A DNA stretch of 64,000 nt from Phormidesmis sp. (GCA_041742865.1 JBGTNW010000143.1:8203-72202); one strand, 5' to 3'. Shown: positions 39,510-49,156, numbered from the stretch's first letter. Notes: generated by a model from the letters alone, not told the origin. Translations and numbers: made by a program.

Positions 39510-39750
39510 AAGGTTTTTGAGTGCCTAAAAACCTTTATTTAGGCACTCAAAAAAACATCTAAACACTCTGTGGACTACATAAGGACTAAAACCCGCAACT
39601 GGCACAACAGCCAAACCCGCATTATCTCGTTAGGCTCAAAGCCTCAAACCCGCACAACTACGCTGATTAGTTGCGGGCCGAGCAAACATTCAAATTGAAT
39701 TTCACTAGCTAAATTCGGTTACGATAGGTTTACCGACCAAAGCACAAAAA

Positions 39751-39975
39751 ATGACCGTAACCACTTCACCTGAATCTGATGATCGCCTAGTTCGCATCGA
39801 ACAAAAGCTAGACACGCTAGCAACTGAAGTTGACACCTTCTCGACTCAATTAGAGCGCTCTAACGATAAGTTCGATACCTACCAAAAGGCGACTCAATGG
39901 GTAGTGCAGCTAGCCTTTACGCTGATTGCCAGCGCTACCATCACAGTCATTCTTTCCACAGTCTTGAGTAAATGA
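39751..39975 (+). CDS. Small coiled-coil protein with C-terminal TM
   Basis: DRLVRIEQKLD heptads then WVVQLAFTLIASATITVIL. Confidence 0.75.
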   Translation: MTVTTSPESDDRLVRIEQKLDTLATEVDTFSTQLERSNDKFDTYQKATQWVVQLAFTLIASATITVILSTVLSK

Positions 39976-39978
39976 CTT

Positions 39979-41079
39979 TCACGGCGGCGGCATCGGGCGA
40001 TCCGCTCGATTCATAGCCGCATCGTAAATTACTCTGTAGACATCTTCATCAATCCACCGCCGATATACCCGCGAATGAGTTTCAGGGCTATGGCCCATCA
40101 TCATGGCCCCAAAATCAGGCGAAAATTTAAACTCAAGGCTTCGGCGGGCATAGCAGTGGCGCAGGTCATAAGGCCGCAAGTTGTCGCCGTCGGGCTTCAT
40201 CAGCTTCCAAACATAAAAACGGCGGCTCACCTTCGAGCCTAGTTTTGTATTGGGCAGCTGATCAATATTTTCTAACTCAGGCAACTGGCAGCGGTGGAGC
40301 TGCCAAGCATCAGCCCACTCAGGATAGAGCGGCCAGCAAAAGCGCGCGCCGGTTTTAGTGTCCTTGCCGACTCGAACCGTAGGAAAGTCTGCGAGGTCGC
40401 AATGAAACAGCTCATGAGGTCGCAGGCCATAGCAGGCCAGCATACCAAAGCACCACTGCCAAGCAGGGCTAGAAATGCCCTCACGCCATTGAGCGATCAG
40501 GGCGTCGTCAGGAAGCGATCGCGGGTCAACCGATGCAGATGAATAGCGACCGCGCAGCGCTATAATACGGGCCGGATCTAGCTCAGCAAACCGGGCTAAC
40601 CGGGCGAAGGCCATACACACCCGCTGCCTCACTTTGGTGTTGGGTTCGATCTCTTTTACCGCATTGACCAACAGATTGAGAGAAAGCGGGCGATCGCGCG
40701 GCAACTTCTTAAAAGACTGCTCATAATCTCCCTCCCAGGTCACCGATTGACCACCGGCGGCGAAATATTCAGCCTCCAACCTGCTCACCCATTCAGCAAC
40801 CGAGCCGATAGAGTGATGCCTCATATAAGGCTCCCACCGGAAAGCGCCAGACTCAAGCAGCACGCCAACCTTACGGGCTTCTTTTTCAGCTAGAGCAATC
40901 GTGCGATCGCACGTTTTTAGCTTCAGCGCGATCCGCTGCTGAAAGGGCCGATCATGCTCAGATCCAGGCTTTGGCGGTAAAGTGCCCTGAAGATATAGCC
41001 AACCCTGTTTATCGTAGATTTTAAGCCGTAGCCCAAAATCCTTAAGTCTGGCATTCGCTTTCGCGATCACATCTGACAT
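39979..41079 (-). CDS. Tyrosine recombinase/integrase (cyanobacterial XisA/XisC-like)
   Basis: YGLRPHE (R), TKTG (K), PYDLRH, MMGHS, HSRVY (Y); adjacent to att site. Confidence 0.95.
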   Translation of the reverse strand: MSDVIAKANARLKDFGLRLKIYDKQGWLYLQGTLPPKPGSEHDRPFQQRIALKLKTCDRTIALAEKEARKVGVLLESGAFRWEPYMRHHSIGSVAEWVSRLEAEYFAAGGQSVTWEGDYEQSFKKLPRDRPLSLNLLVNAVKEIEPNTKVRQRVCMAFARLARFAELDPARIIALRGRYSSASVDPRSLPDDALIAQWREGISSPAWQWCFGMLACYGLRPHELFHCDLADFPTVRVGKDTKTGARFCWPLYPEWADAWQLHRCQLPELENIDQLPNTKLGSKVSRRFYVWKLMKPDGDNLRPYDLRHCYARRSLEFKFSPDFGAMMMGHSPETHSRVYRRWIDEDVYRVIYDAAMNRADRPMPPP

Positions 41080-41106
41080 TGCGGCTTAAATGCGACCTTA
41101 AAAATG

Positions 41107-41146
41107 TAGTCTTAATTAGTCTCTATTAGTCTTAATGAGTCCTAAT
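41107..41146. repeat. Four imperfect 10-bp tandem repeats between integrase and att site
   Basis: tagtcttaat tagtctctat tagtcttaat gagtcctaat. Confidence 0.8.
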
Positions 41147-41218
41147 CAATTAAACTTAAAGCCCGCCAAAACAAAGCTGCAAGCTAGTTTCAGCGGGCTT
41201 ATTAGCGAAAAATGGTGA

Positions 41219-41289
41219 AGGCGGCACCCAGATTCGAACTGGGGGTAAAGGATTTGCAATCCTCTGCCTTACCACTTGGCCATGCCGCC
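41219..41289 (-). tRNA. tRNA-Cys (GCA)
   Basis: GGCGGCATGGCCAAGTGGTAAGGCAGAGGATTGCAAATCCTTTACCCCCAGTTCGAATCTGGGTGCCGCCT folds as a cloverleaf; CCA not encoded. Confidence 0.97.
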
Positions 41290-41375
41290 GCTGAAGCACT
41301 AATATATCAAACTTTTGAGACTTATCGAGATCAATTGTAAAGCGCTTAGCTAAGGTTGAGGCTGCGCTCAAAATT

Positions 41376-42263
41376 TCAACCTAAAATTTGATCAATCATG
41401 CGATTGGATTGGCTAGCATAGTTGCCACCAAAGAGATTGAAGTGGTTAAGAATGTGATAGAGGTTGTAGAGCACTTTGCGCTGTGAGTAGCCTGCACTAG
41501 TAGGAAATGTGGCCTCGTAAGCTTGGTAAAAGGCGGTGGAAAAACGGCCAAATAGCTCGGTCATAGCCAAGTCGGTTTCGCGATCGCCGTAATAGCTTGC
41601 CGGATCAAATATGACGGGTTCACCAGCTGTCGTAACAGCAGCATTGCCTGACCATAAATCACCGTGGAGTAAGGCAGGTTGAGGTAGATGGCCTTTGAGC
41701 AGCCGAGGAATTGCACTCATCAACTCATCGCGGCGGGGAAAGCACCCACCCCGGTCGTGAGCTAGCTCAAACTGAGGGCCAAGTCTGCGATCGCGCCAAA
41801 ACACAGCCCAGTTATCTTCCCACTGATTCTGCTGAGGTGTGGCCCCGATGGTGTTGTCACGGTGCCAGCCAAAGCCCTGAGTGCTAGTGACCTGGTGCAT
41901 CGCCGCCAACCGCTGACCTAAGCAATACCATGCGTCAGCCTCTGGACTAGCCCCTAAGGTCAAATACTCCATCACCAAATACGCTACGTCGCCCGCCGTC
42001 CCGCAGCATAGCGGCTGCGGGACTCGCACCGTATGACTGGCATACAGTGCGGTAAGGCAATCGAATTCTGCCTCGAACATAGCGCTCTGGCCAGCACAAT
42101 TAAGCTTTACAAAAAACGTCCGCTGATGATCGCTCACTGCTACTGCTTGGTTGATGCAGCCACCACCAACAGTGCGCTGTTGCTGCACTTGAAAGGGCTG
42201 ATGAGTGAGTTGACTAATCCGCTCAGCGATCTGATTAGCTAAACTGTCGGCTAGAGGTGGCAT
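41376..42263 (-). CDS. Fructosamine kinase family protein
   Basis: GGGCIN, LLHGDLWSGN, FDPASYYGDRETDLAM. Confidence 0.93.
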   Translation of the reverse strand: MPPLADSLANQIAERISQLTHQPFQVQQQRTVGGGCINQAVAVSDHQRTFFVKLNCAGQSAMFEAEFDCLTALYASHTVRVPQPLCCGTAGDVAYLVMEYLTLGASPEADAWYCLGQRLAAMHQVTSTQGFGWHRDNTIGATPQQNQWEDNWAVFWRDRRLGPQFELAHDRGGCFPRRDELMSAIPRLLKGHLPQPALLHGDLWSGNAAVTTAGEPVIFDPASYYGDRETDLAMTELFGRFSTAFYQAYEATFPTSAGYSQRKVLYNLYHILNHFNLFGGNYASQSNRMIDQILG

Positions 42264-42276
42264 TGAGCAGATATCC

Positions 42277-43638
42277 TCATGTAGCAGCTACATCTGGCTG
42301 CGAGGAAGACTTGAGAACTACTACACCATAGGCGTCCAAAGGCAAATAGCGCTGCACAGCATCTCTGACATCATCAGCACTCACTCGGCGAATCCAGTCA
42401 GGGTAATCCAGCGCATGTCGAATATCACCGGTCATAGCCTGATAATAGCCGTATAAGCCAGCGCGATCGCTTGGTGTTTCACTGCCAAAGATATAGCGAT
42501 TAGCCACTTGAGTCTGTACTCGACGCAACTCGTGAGGCATCACCGGCTCCTCGTGCAGCCGCTGAATATGCTCCAAAATAGCCGCTTCCGCTGCGGCCAA
42601 ATGCACTACCGGCACCTGGGCTGAAATGTAAAACACGCCCTGATTGCCAAACGTCATATTGCTAGCCGAAATGCTATTAACTAACTGCCGCTGCTCTAGC
42701 AAATCATCAATCAGCCGTGCCGTCCGGCCCTGACTCAGTACAGAAGCTGCCACATCTAATGGATAGGTCTGCTCCAGTTCGCACATGCCGGGCACTCGCC
42801 AACCCAGCACCAAACGGGCCTGCTGCAAAGCCTCATCAATATATTCAGAACGACGAATGCCCGCAAACGGCTGCTCAGGCTGCGTAGAAGGAACCTGTGA
42901 AATTAAGGCTGGATTCGCATACTGCCGACTGCTGCGGGCAAGGGCTTGCTCAAAGCTGTCTTCTACCACCCGTATCAGTGTTTCGACCGGGAGGTTACCC
43001 ACAGCTACCGCTGTCATATTTTGCGGCTGATACCAGGTGTGATGAAACGAGCGCATCTGCTCAGCAGTAAGTGCTTCAACCACACTGGCGGGGCCCAATA
43101 CGGGCCGACGGTAAGGCAGAGTGTCAAAACTCATTTCCATTGAGCGATAGAAAGTGCGTCTGCGAGGGTTGTCTTGCGCTCGACGAATTTCTTCTAAAAT
43201 CACAGGCCGCTCTTTGTCAAAGTGATCGGTTTGCAAACTAGGATTCATTACTAGCTCAATTTGCAGCGGGGCTAGTGTCTCAAAATCTGCTGGTGCAGTC
43301 GTGATGTAATAGTGGGTATAGTCCTGACTGGTCGCCGCGTTAGTGACAGCACCTCGCTCTTCAATGAGGCGCTCAAATTCACCACAGTCAATATGGGGGG
43401 TGCCTTTGAATATCATGTGCTCTAGGAAATGAGCCATGCCGTTAATAGCGTCGGATTCGACCTTAGAGCCGATGTTGAGCCACAGACTGAGATTGACTGC
43501 TTCAATGGGCATTTGCTCAGCGATTATTGTCAATCCATTGACTAATCGGCGAACGGTTGGCGCGATTGGCTGAGCAATGACAGCGCTGTCGGTTTTTGCC
43601 TGAGTTTTTGCCTTATTGGAGAGGGTGGGAGTTGCCAT
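42277..43638 (-). CDS. M16 family zinc peptidase
   Basis: GMAHFLEHMIFKGT (HxxEH), NAATSQDYTHYY; start uncertain. Confidence 0.92.
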   Translation of the reverse strand: MATPTLSNKAKTQAKTDSAVIAQPIAPTVRRLVNGLTIIAEQMPIEAVNLSLWLNIGSKVESDAINGMAHFLEHMIFKGTPHIDCGEFERLIEERGAVTNAATSQDYTHYYITTAPADFETLAPLQIELVMNPSLQTDHFDKERPVILEEIRRAQDNPRRRTFYRSMEMSFDTLPYRRPVLGPASVVEALTAEQMRSFHHTWYQPQNMTAVAVGNLPVETLIRVVEDSFEQALARSSRQYANPALISQVPSTQPEQPFAGIRRSEYIDEALQQARLVLGWRVPGMCELEQTYPLDVAASVLSQGRTARLIDDLLEQRQLVNSISASNMTFGNQGVFYISAQVPVVHLAAAEAAILEHIQRLHEEPVMPHELRRVQTQVANRYIFGSETPSDRAGLYGYYQAMTGDIRHALDYPDWIRRVSADDVRDAVQRYLPLDAYGVVVLKSSSQPDVAAT

Positions 43639-43932
43639 AGACAGTTGTTTTTTTCTTATTGTAAGCTGCAAATCAATGGTGAGTGAAGAGAAAAGCCCCT
43701 AAAGGCAGATTTTTGCAAATAGCAGATTTGAAGGGGCAACATCATAGCGAGGAACCTACCTGAGACTGAAATACCTCGGATTAAAAAAACGCCAAAATAG
43801 GGTATATATAGCGACTATAGACATGCCCTAGGGTATGGCATCTTGACTACTTGCCGCGCCACATCGCTATTTCCATTAGCGTTGCTGTAGTCATTATCGT
43901 ATTCGATTGTATTTATTTAGGAATGGCAGGTC

Positions 43933-44676
43933 ATGGGAACGTGGATTAAAGAGACTGGTACCGCGTTTTATTTGATGGAAGGCGGCTATTACATTTCAAA
44001 AATTTCTAAATACCCCTCTCAAAACAATCCGAATGAGCAAGTCGTAAACATCTCGGGAATGAAGACATGGTTCAGCCGTACTGATTCTCCGGGTGGTATG
44101 ACCATTTGTATGCAGACAGATGTGCCTGAACCTCAGCCAAAACCAGTGGTGATAGCACCGCCTGCCGCTCCTAAAGAAGAACCGCTCAAGGTATCTACCC
44201 CGTCAGTACCTGCTGGCCCCAAGCGGATCAATGCAAACGGGCTTTTGCTGATCAAATCATTTGAGGGGTTGCGCCTGAGCGCCTATCGCGATGCAGTCGG
44301 GATCTGGACAATTGGCTATGGCACAACTCGGGGCGTCAAGCCGGGGATGCGAATTTCGGAAGCGGAAGCGGAAAAGTTTTTGCAAGAAGATCTGACTCGA
44401 TTTGAACAGGCGATTCATGAGGCTTTGAGCGTGCCGGTGAATGATAATCAGTTTTCAGCGCTGGTATCGTTTACTTACAATATTGGCTCAGGGGCATTTC
44501 GTAGCTCTACGCTATTGCGGTTATTGAACCAGGGTGAGGATGTGCGCAATGTCGCAGCTCAGTTTTTACGGTGGGATAAAGCGGGTGGAAAGGTGCTAGC
44601 GGGGCTAACCCGACGGCGCAACGCTGAAAGAGCGCTCTTTTTGGGCGAAAATTTTCGGGGCTTTTTGTCAGCATGA
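43933..44676 (+). CDS. GH24 (phage-type) lysozyme with N-terminal extra domain and Pro-rich linker
   Basis: IKSFEGLRLSAYRDAVGIWTIGYGTT, ALVSFTYNIG, GLTRRRNAERALF. Confidence 0.92.
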   Translation: MGTWIKETGTAFYLMEGGYYISKISKYPSQNNPNEQVVNISGMKTWFSRTDSPGGMTICMQTDVPEPQPKPVVIAPPAAPKEEPLKVSTPSVPAGPKRINANGLLLIKSFEGLRLSAYRDAVGIWTIGYGTTRGVKPGMRISEAEAEKFLQEDLTRFEQAIHEALSVPVNDNQFSALVSFTYNIGSGAFRSSTLLRLLNQGEDVRNVAAQFLRWDKAGGKVLAGLTRRRNAERALFLGENFRGFLSA

Positions 44677-45614
44677 GTGTTCGATTTAAAGCGTCGCTGA
44701 CGCCTTATTTATTTTTAGCCCCGGCGCTGGTGATGTTAGTGCTGGTGGTGTTCTGGCCTGCGCTTCAGGCTTTTCGCTTAAGCTTTATGGAATATGGCTA
44801 CGATGTGACCCAGCCGCCGGAGTGGGTAGGGTTTGATAATTTTCAGCGGTTGATAAAAGATAGAACCTTTTGGCAAACGCTGAAAAATACGGTGCTGTAT
44901 TTGGTCTGTGTCGTGCCGGTGCTGGCTATAGCCCCGCTTTTGCTGGCTATTTTAGTCAACCAAACGCTCAAAGGTATGCATTGGTTTCGAGTCGCATACT
45001 ATACGCCAGTGGTCGTTTCGATGGTGGTTGCTGGGATTGCTTGGCGCTGGCTCTATGCTGAAAACGGGTTGCTGAACCAAGCGCTGTCTGGCTTAGCCGC
45101 AGCGGCGAAAAACCTGCCTGGATTAGGGCAATTTCTTCCTCAAGTTTTCTCTGAACCAATCGCTATTCCCTGGCTGACGAGTCCTGATTGGGTGCTGTTT
45201 AGCGTGATGGCGGTGACGATTTGGAAAGGGCTGGGCTACTACATGGTGATCTATTTGGCGGGGCTGCAAGGGCTCCCGGCTGATCTGTATGAGGCGGCGG
45301 CGATTGATGGTTCGGATGGCTGGCGTAGGCACTGGGATATTACGCTGCCCTTAATGAAGCCTTACCTTTTTTTGGTGGCGGTAATCAGCGCGATCGCCGC
45401 CACTAAAGTTTTTGAAGAAGTCTTTATCATGACCCAGGGCGGCCCCCGCAATGCCTCCAAAACCGTGGTTTACTACGTTTATGAGTCAGCCTTTAAAGGC
45501 TTAGATATGAGCTACGCCTGTACGATTGGCTTGGTGCTATTTCTCATCATTTTGACCCTGTCGTTTTTGCGATTAGCGTTAGCTAATCCGGCAGAATCAG
45601 GCACCCATCTGTAG
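44673..45614 (+). CDS. Carbohydrate ABC transporter permease
   Basis: LYEAAAIDG EAA loop; multiple TM. Confidence 0.93.
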   Translation: MSVRFKASLTPYLFLAPALVMLVLVVFWPALQAFRLSFMEYGYDVTQPPEWVGFDNFQRLIKDRTFWQTLKNTVLYLVCVVPVLAIAPLLLAILVNQTLKGMHWFRVAYYTPVVVSMVVAGIAWRWLYAENGLLNQALSGLAAAAKNLPGLGQFLPQVFSEPIAIPWLTSPDWVLFSVMAVTIWKGLGYYMVIYLAGLQGLPADLYEAAAIDGSDGWRRHWDITLPLMKPYLFLVAVISAIAATKVFEEVFIMTQGGPRNASKTVVYYVYESAFKGLDMSYACTIGLVLFLIILTLSFLRLALANPAESGTHL

Positions 45615-45763
45615 GAAAACAATTAGGGATCAAGCGATTTTGGGTCTGAAGCTCGAAATCAAAGGCTTGATCGAGCCGTGATCCATGCGATCAATCTTGC
45701 CGCAAATTAGGACACTTTGGGAATCTTAGGAAATAGTTAAGACTCTTCCTTAAAGCGCCTCTT

Positions 45764-47254
45764 ATGACCAATATCCCCCTGAGCGTTCTGCAAAGCTGTC
45801 CAATTAATTTGGAGCAAGAAAGGGCTCATTTTAAAGTGATTTCAAAGATCCGTGAATCTTTAAATTTAACCGAAATTTTACAGACAACTATTCAAGAAAT
45901 TCGTCAGTTGCTAGCGGTTGATCGAGTTGGCATCCTTCGATTAAATCCGGGGGAAGGATGGGATGAAGGCGAATTTATTGCTGAAGCTGTGCTGCCTAAA
46001 TTCAGTTCAGCGCTAGCAGCGCGTGTCAAGGATCACTGTTTTGGCGATCGCTATGCAGATGCGTATCAAAACGGTCGCATTCAGGCCATCGATGATATTT
46101 ATGAGGCCGGTTTGAGTGAATGTCATATTGAGATTTTGAGCCAGTTTCAAGTCAGGGCCAATCTGCTAGTACCCTTGCTTCAAGGGCAAGAACTGTGGGG
46201 GCTTTTGTGTATTCACCAATGCTCAGGGCCACGTCAGTGGCAACCTAATGAAATTGACTTTGTAGTCAAGCTGGCGCTGCATTTGGGCGTGGCTATTCAA
46301 CATGCTGATCTGCTAAACCAAACCCGACAGCAGGCAGCAGCACTAGACAAAGCCCTACAAGAGCTGCAATCAGCCCATCTACAGTTGGCCCAAGCAGAAA
46401 AAATGGCGAGTCTGGGCCAGCTAGCGGCAGGTGTTGCCCATGAGATTAACAATCCGGTTAACTTCATCAAAGGCAATCTCAAGCATGTAGAGCGCTATAC
46501 AGCCGATTTGATTAGCGTTCTAAATTTATACAAAGCGCATTGTCCAGACAATATTCCGGCTATTCAAGAAGCTGTTGAAGCACTAGATACAGACTTTTTA
46601 GTGGAAGATCTGCCGAATCTGCTGAAATCGATGTCAGTGGGCGCGATTCGGATCAATGATATTGTCAAAGCGCTGCGAACTTTTTCGCGGCTAGATGAAG
46701 TGGGCATCAAGTCAGTGGGCCTGTGTGAAAGCCTCGACACCACTTTGATGATGTTGAATAACCGTCTTCAGGCAACTAATTGCCGGCCCGAAGTTAGCGT
46801 TCAAAAAAGCTATGGAAAACTACCTCAAGTGGATTGCCATCCTGGGCAAATTAATCAAGTTTTGATGAGTCTTTTGACTAACGCGCTAGATGCGATTGAT
46901 GGCTATTGGCCTGAAGCAAGCGCTGAAAAGAGCGCTGATGTGCCCTTGATTTCACTGAGCGCCCAGGCATTAGCCAATACTGTGCAAATTACGATTGCCG
47001 ACAATGGGCCAGGAATGTCTGACGAGGTGAAAGCTGAACTATACAACCCCTTTTTCACGACGAAACCGGTTGGACAAGGGACCGGGTTAGGACTCGCTAT
47101 TAGCTATCAAATCATTACCAATCATGGGGGAACGCTGCAATGCACGTCGCAGCTTGGGCAAGGCACTCAGTTTGTCATTAGCTTGCCGCATAAGCAGGTG
47201 CCGTCACAGGCTTTGGCAAACGATTCAACCCGATTATTTAGCTCATCATTCTGA
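45764..47254 (+). CDS. DXCF cyanobacteriochrome GAF histidine kinase
   Basis: GAF with DHCF and ECH cysteines; AHEINNP; HATPase boxes. Confidence 0.88.
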   Translation: MTNIPLSVLQSCPINLEQERAHFKVISKIRESLNLTEILQTTIQEIRQLLAVDRVGILRLNPGEGWDEGEFIAEAVLPKFSSALAARVKDHCFGDRYADAYQNGRIQAIDDIYEAGLSECHIEILSQFQVRANLLVPLLQGQELWGLLCIHQCSGPRQWQPNEIDFVVKLALHLGVAIQHADLLNQTRQQAAALDKALQELQSAHLQLAQAEKMASLGQLAAGVAHEINNPVNFIKGNLKHVERYTADLISVLNLYKAHCPDNIPAIQEAVEALDTDFLVEDLPNLLKSMSVGAIRINDIVKALRTFSRLDEVGIKSVGLCESLDTTLMMLNNRLQATNCRPEVSVQKSYGKLPQVDCHPGQINQVLMSLLTNALDAIDGYWPEASAEKSADVPLISLSAQALANTVQITIADNGPGMSDEVKAELYNPFFTTKPVGQGTGLGLAISYQIITNHGGTLQCTSQLGQGTQFVISLPHKQVPSQALANDSTRLFSSSF

Positions 47255-47555
47255 GCAGACCCTGCTGACCCACTAAAATTTCTCGCAAAAAGCTCACGAT
47301 GCCCACCCAGATAATCGGGGAAATATCGACGCCGCCAATAGGGGGTACAAGCTTACGAACAGGAATCAGGAATGGCTCGGTAGGCCAAGCGGCTACCGCG
47401 AAAGGAAACTTATTGAGGTCAGCTTCGGGGTACCAGGTCAAAATAATCCGAAATAAAAATAACAAGGTGTAAAGGCTCAGCAGCGGGCCGAGAATCCAGG
47501 CAGCGATCGAAGCATTAGGCATCTGTAAAAAAGAAATGAATTTTATAAGCGGCAT
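47238..47555 (-). CDS. YggT/Ycf19 family membrane protein
   Basis: RIILTWYP...PTEPFL..RKLVPPIGGVDISPII; start may be MPNAS. Confidence 0.88.
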   Translation of the reverse strand: MPLIKFISFLQMPNASIAAWILGPLLSLYTLLFLFRIILTWYPEADLNKFPFAVAAWPTEPFLIPVRKLVPPIGGVDISPIIWVGIVSFLREILVGQQGLLRMMS

Positions 47556-47704
47556 AGCTCTAGCTTAGTATGTTCGGCCTACGGTCGGCCTCATTCGTTT
47601 AGCCCCATGCATTCAGCTTTTCAAGGGTGGCGATTATCGATATCATAGAAATCAATTAAACTCTATTTTCTTTCGCCCCTTGCGCTCAGCCAAGGCACTG
47701 ATCC

Positions 47705-47830
47705 ATGACGCCTTCTTTGACTAATTTCATGCTCAGTCTGCTTGCAGGTCTGCTGATTTTGATAGTTCCTGCTACCATCGCCCTGATTTTCATCAGCCAG
47801 CGTGACCAAATTACTCGCAACCAACGCTAA
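47705..47830 (+). CDS. psbX: Photosystem II protein PsbX (absent from ORF track)
   Basis: MTPSLTNFMLSLLAGLLILIVPATIALIFISQRDQITRNQR; lies between yggT and ycf66-like genes. Confidence 0.93.
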   Translation: MTPSLTNFMLSLLAGLLILIVPATIALIFISQRDQITRNQR

Positions 47831-48253
47831 ATCCTCAATTGCTCCTAGCGGATGCTCCTTGCGGACATAAAATTTCCGAAGAATTTCCAGACTGTCATCT
47901 GAGACCATTGCCGTCTGAATCAATCAAAATTTACCGCTTTGAAAACTTGTCACTGCTTGTCACGGGAAGAGCTAAGCTTTTGCTCTTCCTTTTTTTTGCA
48001 GTTTTTGAGGCAACCGTTCGGGGCAATCTGTTAAGACTTATCTGAACACTCTCACTCTGTCAAGGTTAGAATAGATATTAAGGTCGCTGTTGTTTTTTAG
48101 GCATGAACCCTATCTAGGTAAGCATCTGTAAAACCAGCGGTATAGTCAGTTGGGCCATCAATTCTGCTATGGTGCTGCCAGTGAGCACATGCAAGCATTT
48201 TTGGCACTGTTTTTATTGGGCAGCAAATGGCTGTTATTTAAGAGGATTCGGTT

Positions 48254-49156
48254 GTGAATTTCGGTACCCCCGTCCCACTGCTAATCGGCATTATTTTGAT
48301 TCTGGGCGCACTAGCGCTGTTCTTTTTAGAAAAGTTCAGACCGGGCTACGAGCGGGATTCCGATAAGGTCTATGCAGTTTTGTTGCTGATTTCCGGTCTT
48401 TTTTTGCTGGCACATTTAGATATGGAGCTACTGGCATCATTTCAGCAATTGCTGATGGCCGGAATGCTCACAGCTCTTTTGATTGAAAGCATTCGCAGTC
48501 GGTTGCCCCGCGCCGAATCGCAACCACCGCTCGACAGTCGTTCGCCTAGACCCCGTTACAATGAGCGGCCACCGACTAGACGGGTATACCGCGCTGAGCT
48601 AGATGATCGTGGCAATGCGTTGCGCGAACCTGCGCGTGCTCCTAGAATGGCTCCGGCTCCAGAGGAATACTGGCGCAACGAGCGCAACGATCAGTATGCG
48701 AATGAGCGAGCCCGTCAGCCCCGTCAGCCTTATGAAGAATATCGTGGGCCTGCTGGTCGGTTGCAGCCCAGCGAAGATAGGGGCCGTTATGCGGATGAAG
48801 CTCGCTACAACGATAACAACGGCCGCTATGGCGAGCGCCCCCCAGCCCGTGGGCCCATGAGTCCACCTGCAAATGCACCCCTTAATCCATCCACAGAGCG
48901 CCCATCAGCGGAGCGTCCACCGACACGTCCAGCTCAAGACAACCCTAACTGGCGAGCCGAGCGACCGAATGAGCGACCCAGCGGACAGCAGCCGGAACAA
49001 TTTAGAGGTCTCCAAGCTGGTCGAGAGCAGCGTTTTGAAAAGGATAGCCGCAATCGCCCTGGGAACGAGGATCGCACCCTTAATGTTCGACCTTACAGCG
49101 AAGCCCCTAAGATTGATTTACCCAGAGATTTACCGATGGACGAAACTCAGCTCTAG
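48254..49156 (+). CDS. ycf66: Ycf66 family protein
   Basis: N-terminal TM domain followed by R/P-rich disordered tail; next to psbX. Confidence 0.75.
   Translation: MNFGTPVPLLIGIILILGALALFFLEKFRPGYERDSDKVYAVLLLISGLFLLAHLDMELLASFQQLLMAGMLTALLIESIRSRLPRAESQPPLDSRSPRPRYNERPPTRRVYRAELDDRGNALREPARAPRMAPAPEEYWRNERNDQYANERARQPRQPYEEYRGPAGRLQPSEDRGRYADEARYNDNNGRYGERPPARGPMSPPANAPLNPSTERPSAERPPTRPAQDNPNWRAERPNERPSGQQPEQFRGLQAGREQRFEKDSRNRPGNEDRTLNVRPYSEAPKIDLPRDLPMDETQL

Larger units (their letters stand above)
28600..41259. mobile_element. ~12.6 kb tRNA-Cys-integrated virus-like / phage-plasmid element
   Basis: 43-bp att direct repeats, tyrosine integrase next to the tRNA, Rep primase, XRE and Xis-like HTH genes, coupled operon of unknown genes. 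Confidence 0.93.

Noticed and set aside
28600-41259. Classification as an inovirus, tailed prophage or ICE
   Set aside because: No Walker-A Zot/pI ATPase, terminase, portal, tail, relaxase or T4SS gene recognised
41156-41371. 71-aa ORF
   Set aside because: Overlaps tRNA-Cys; spurious
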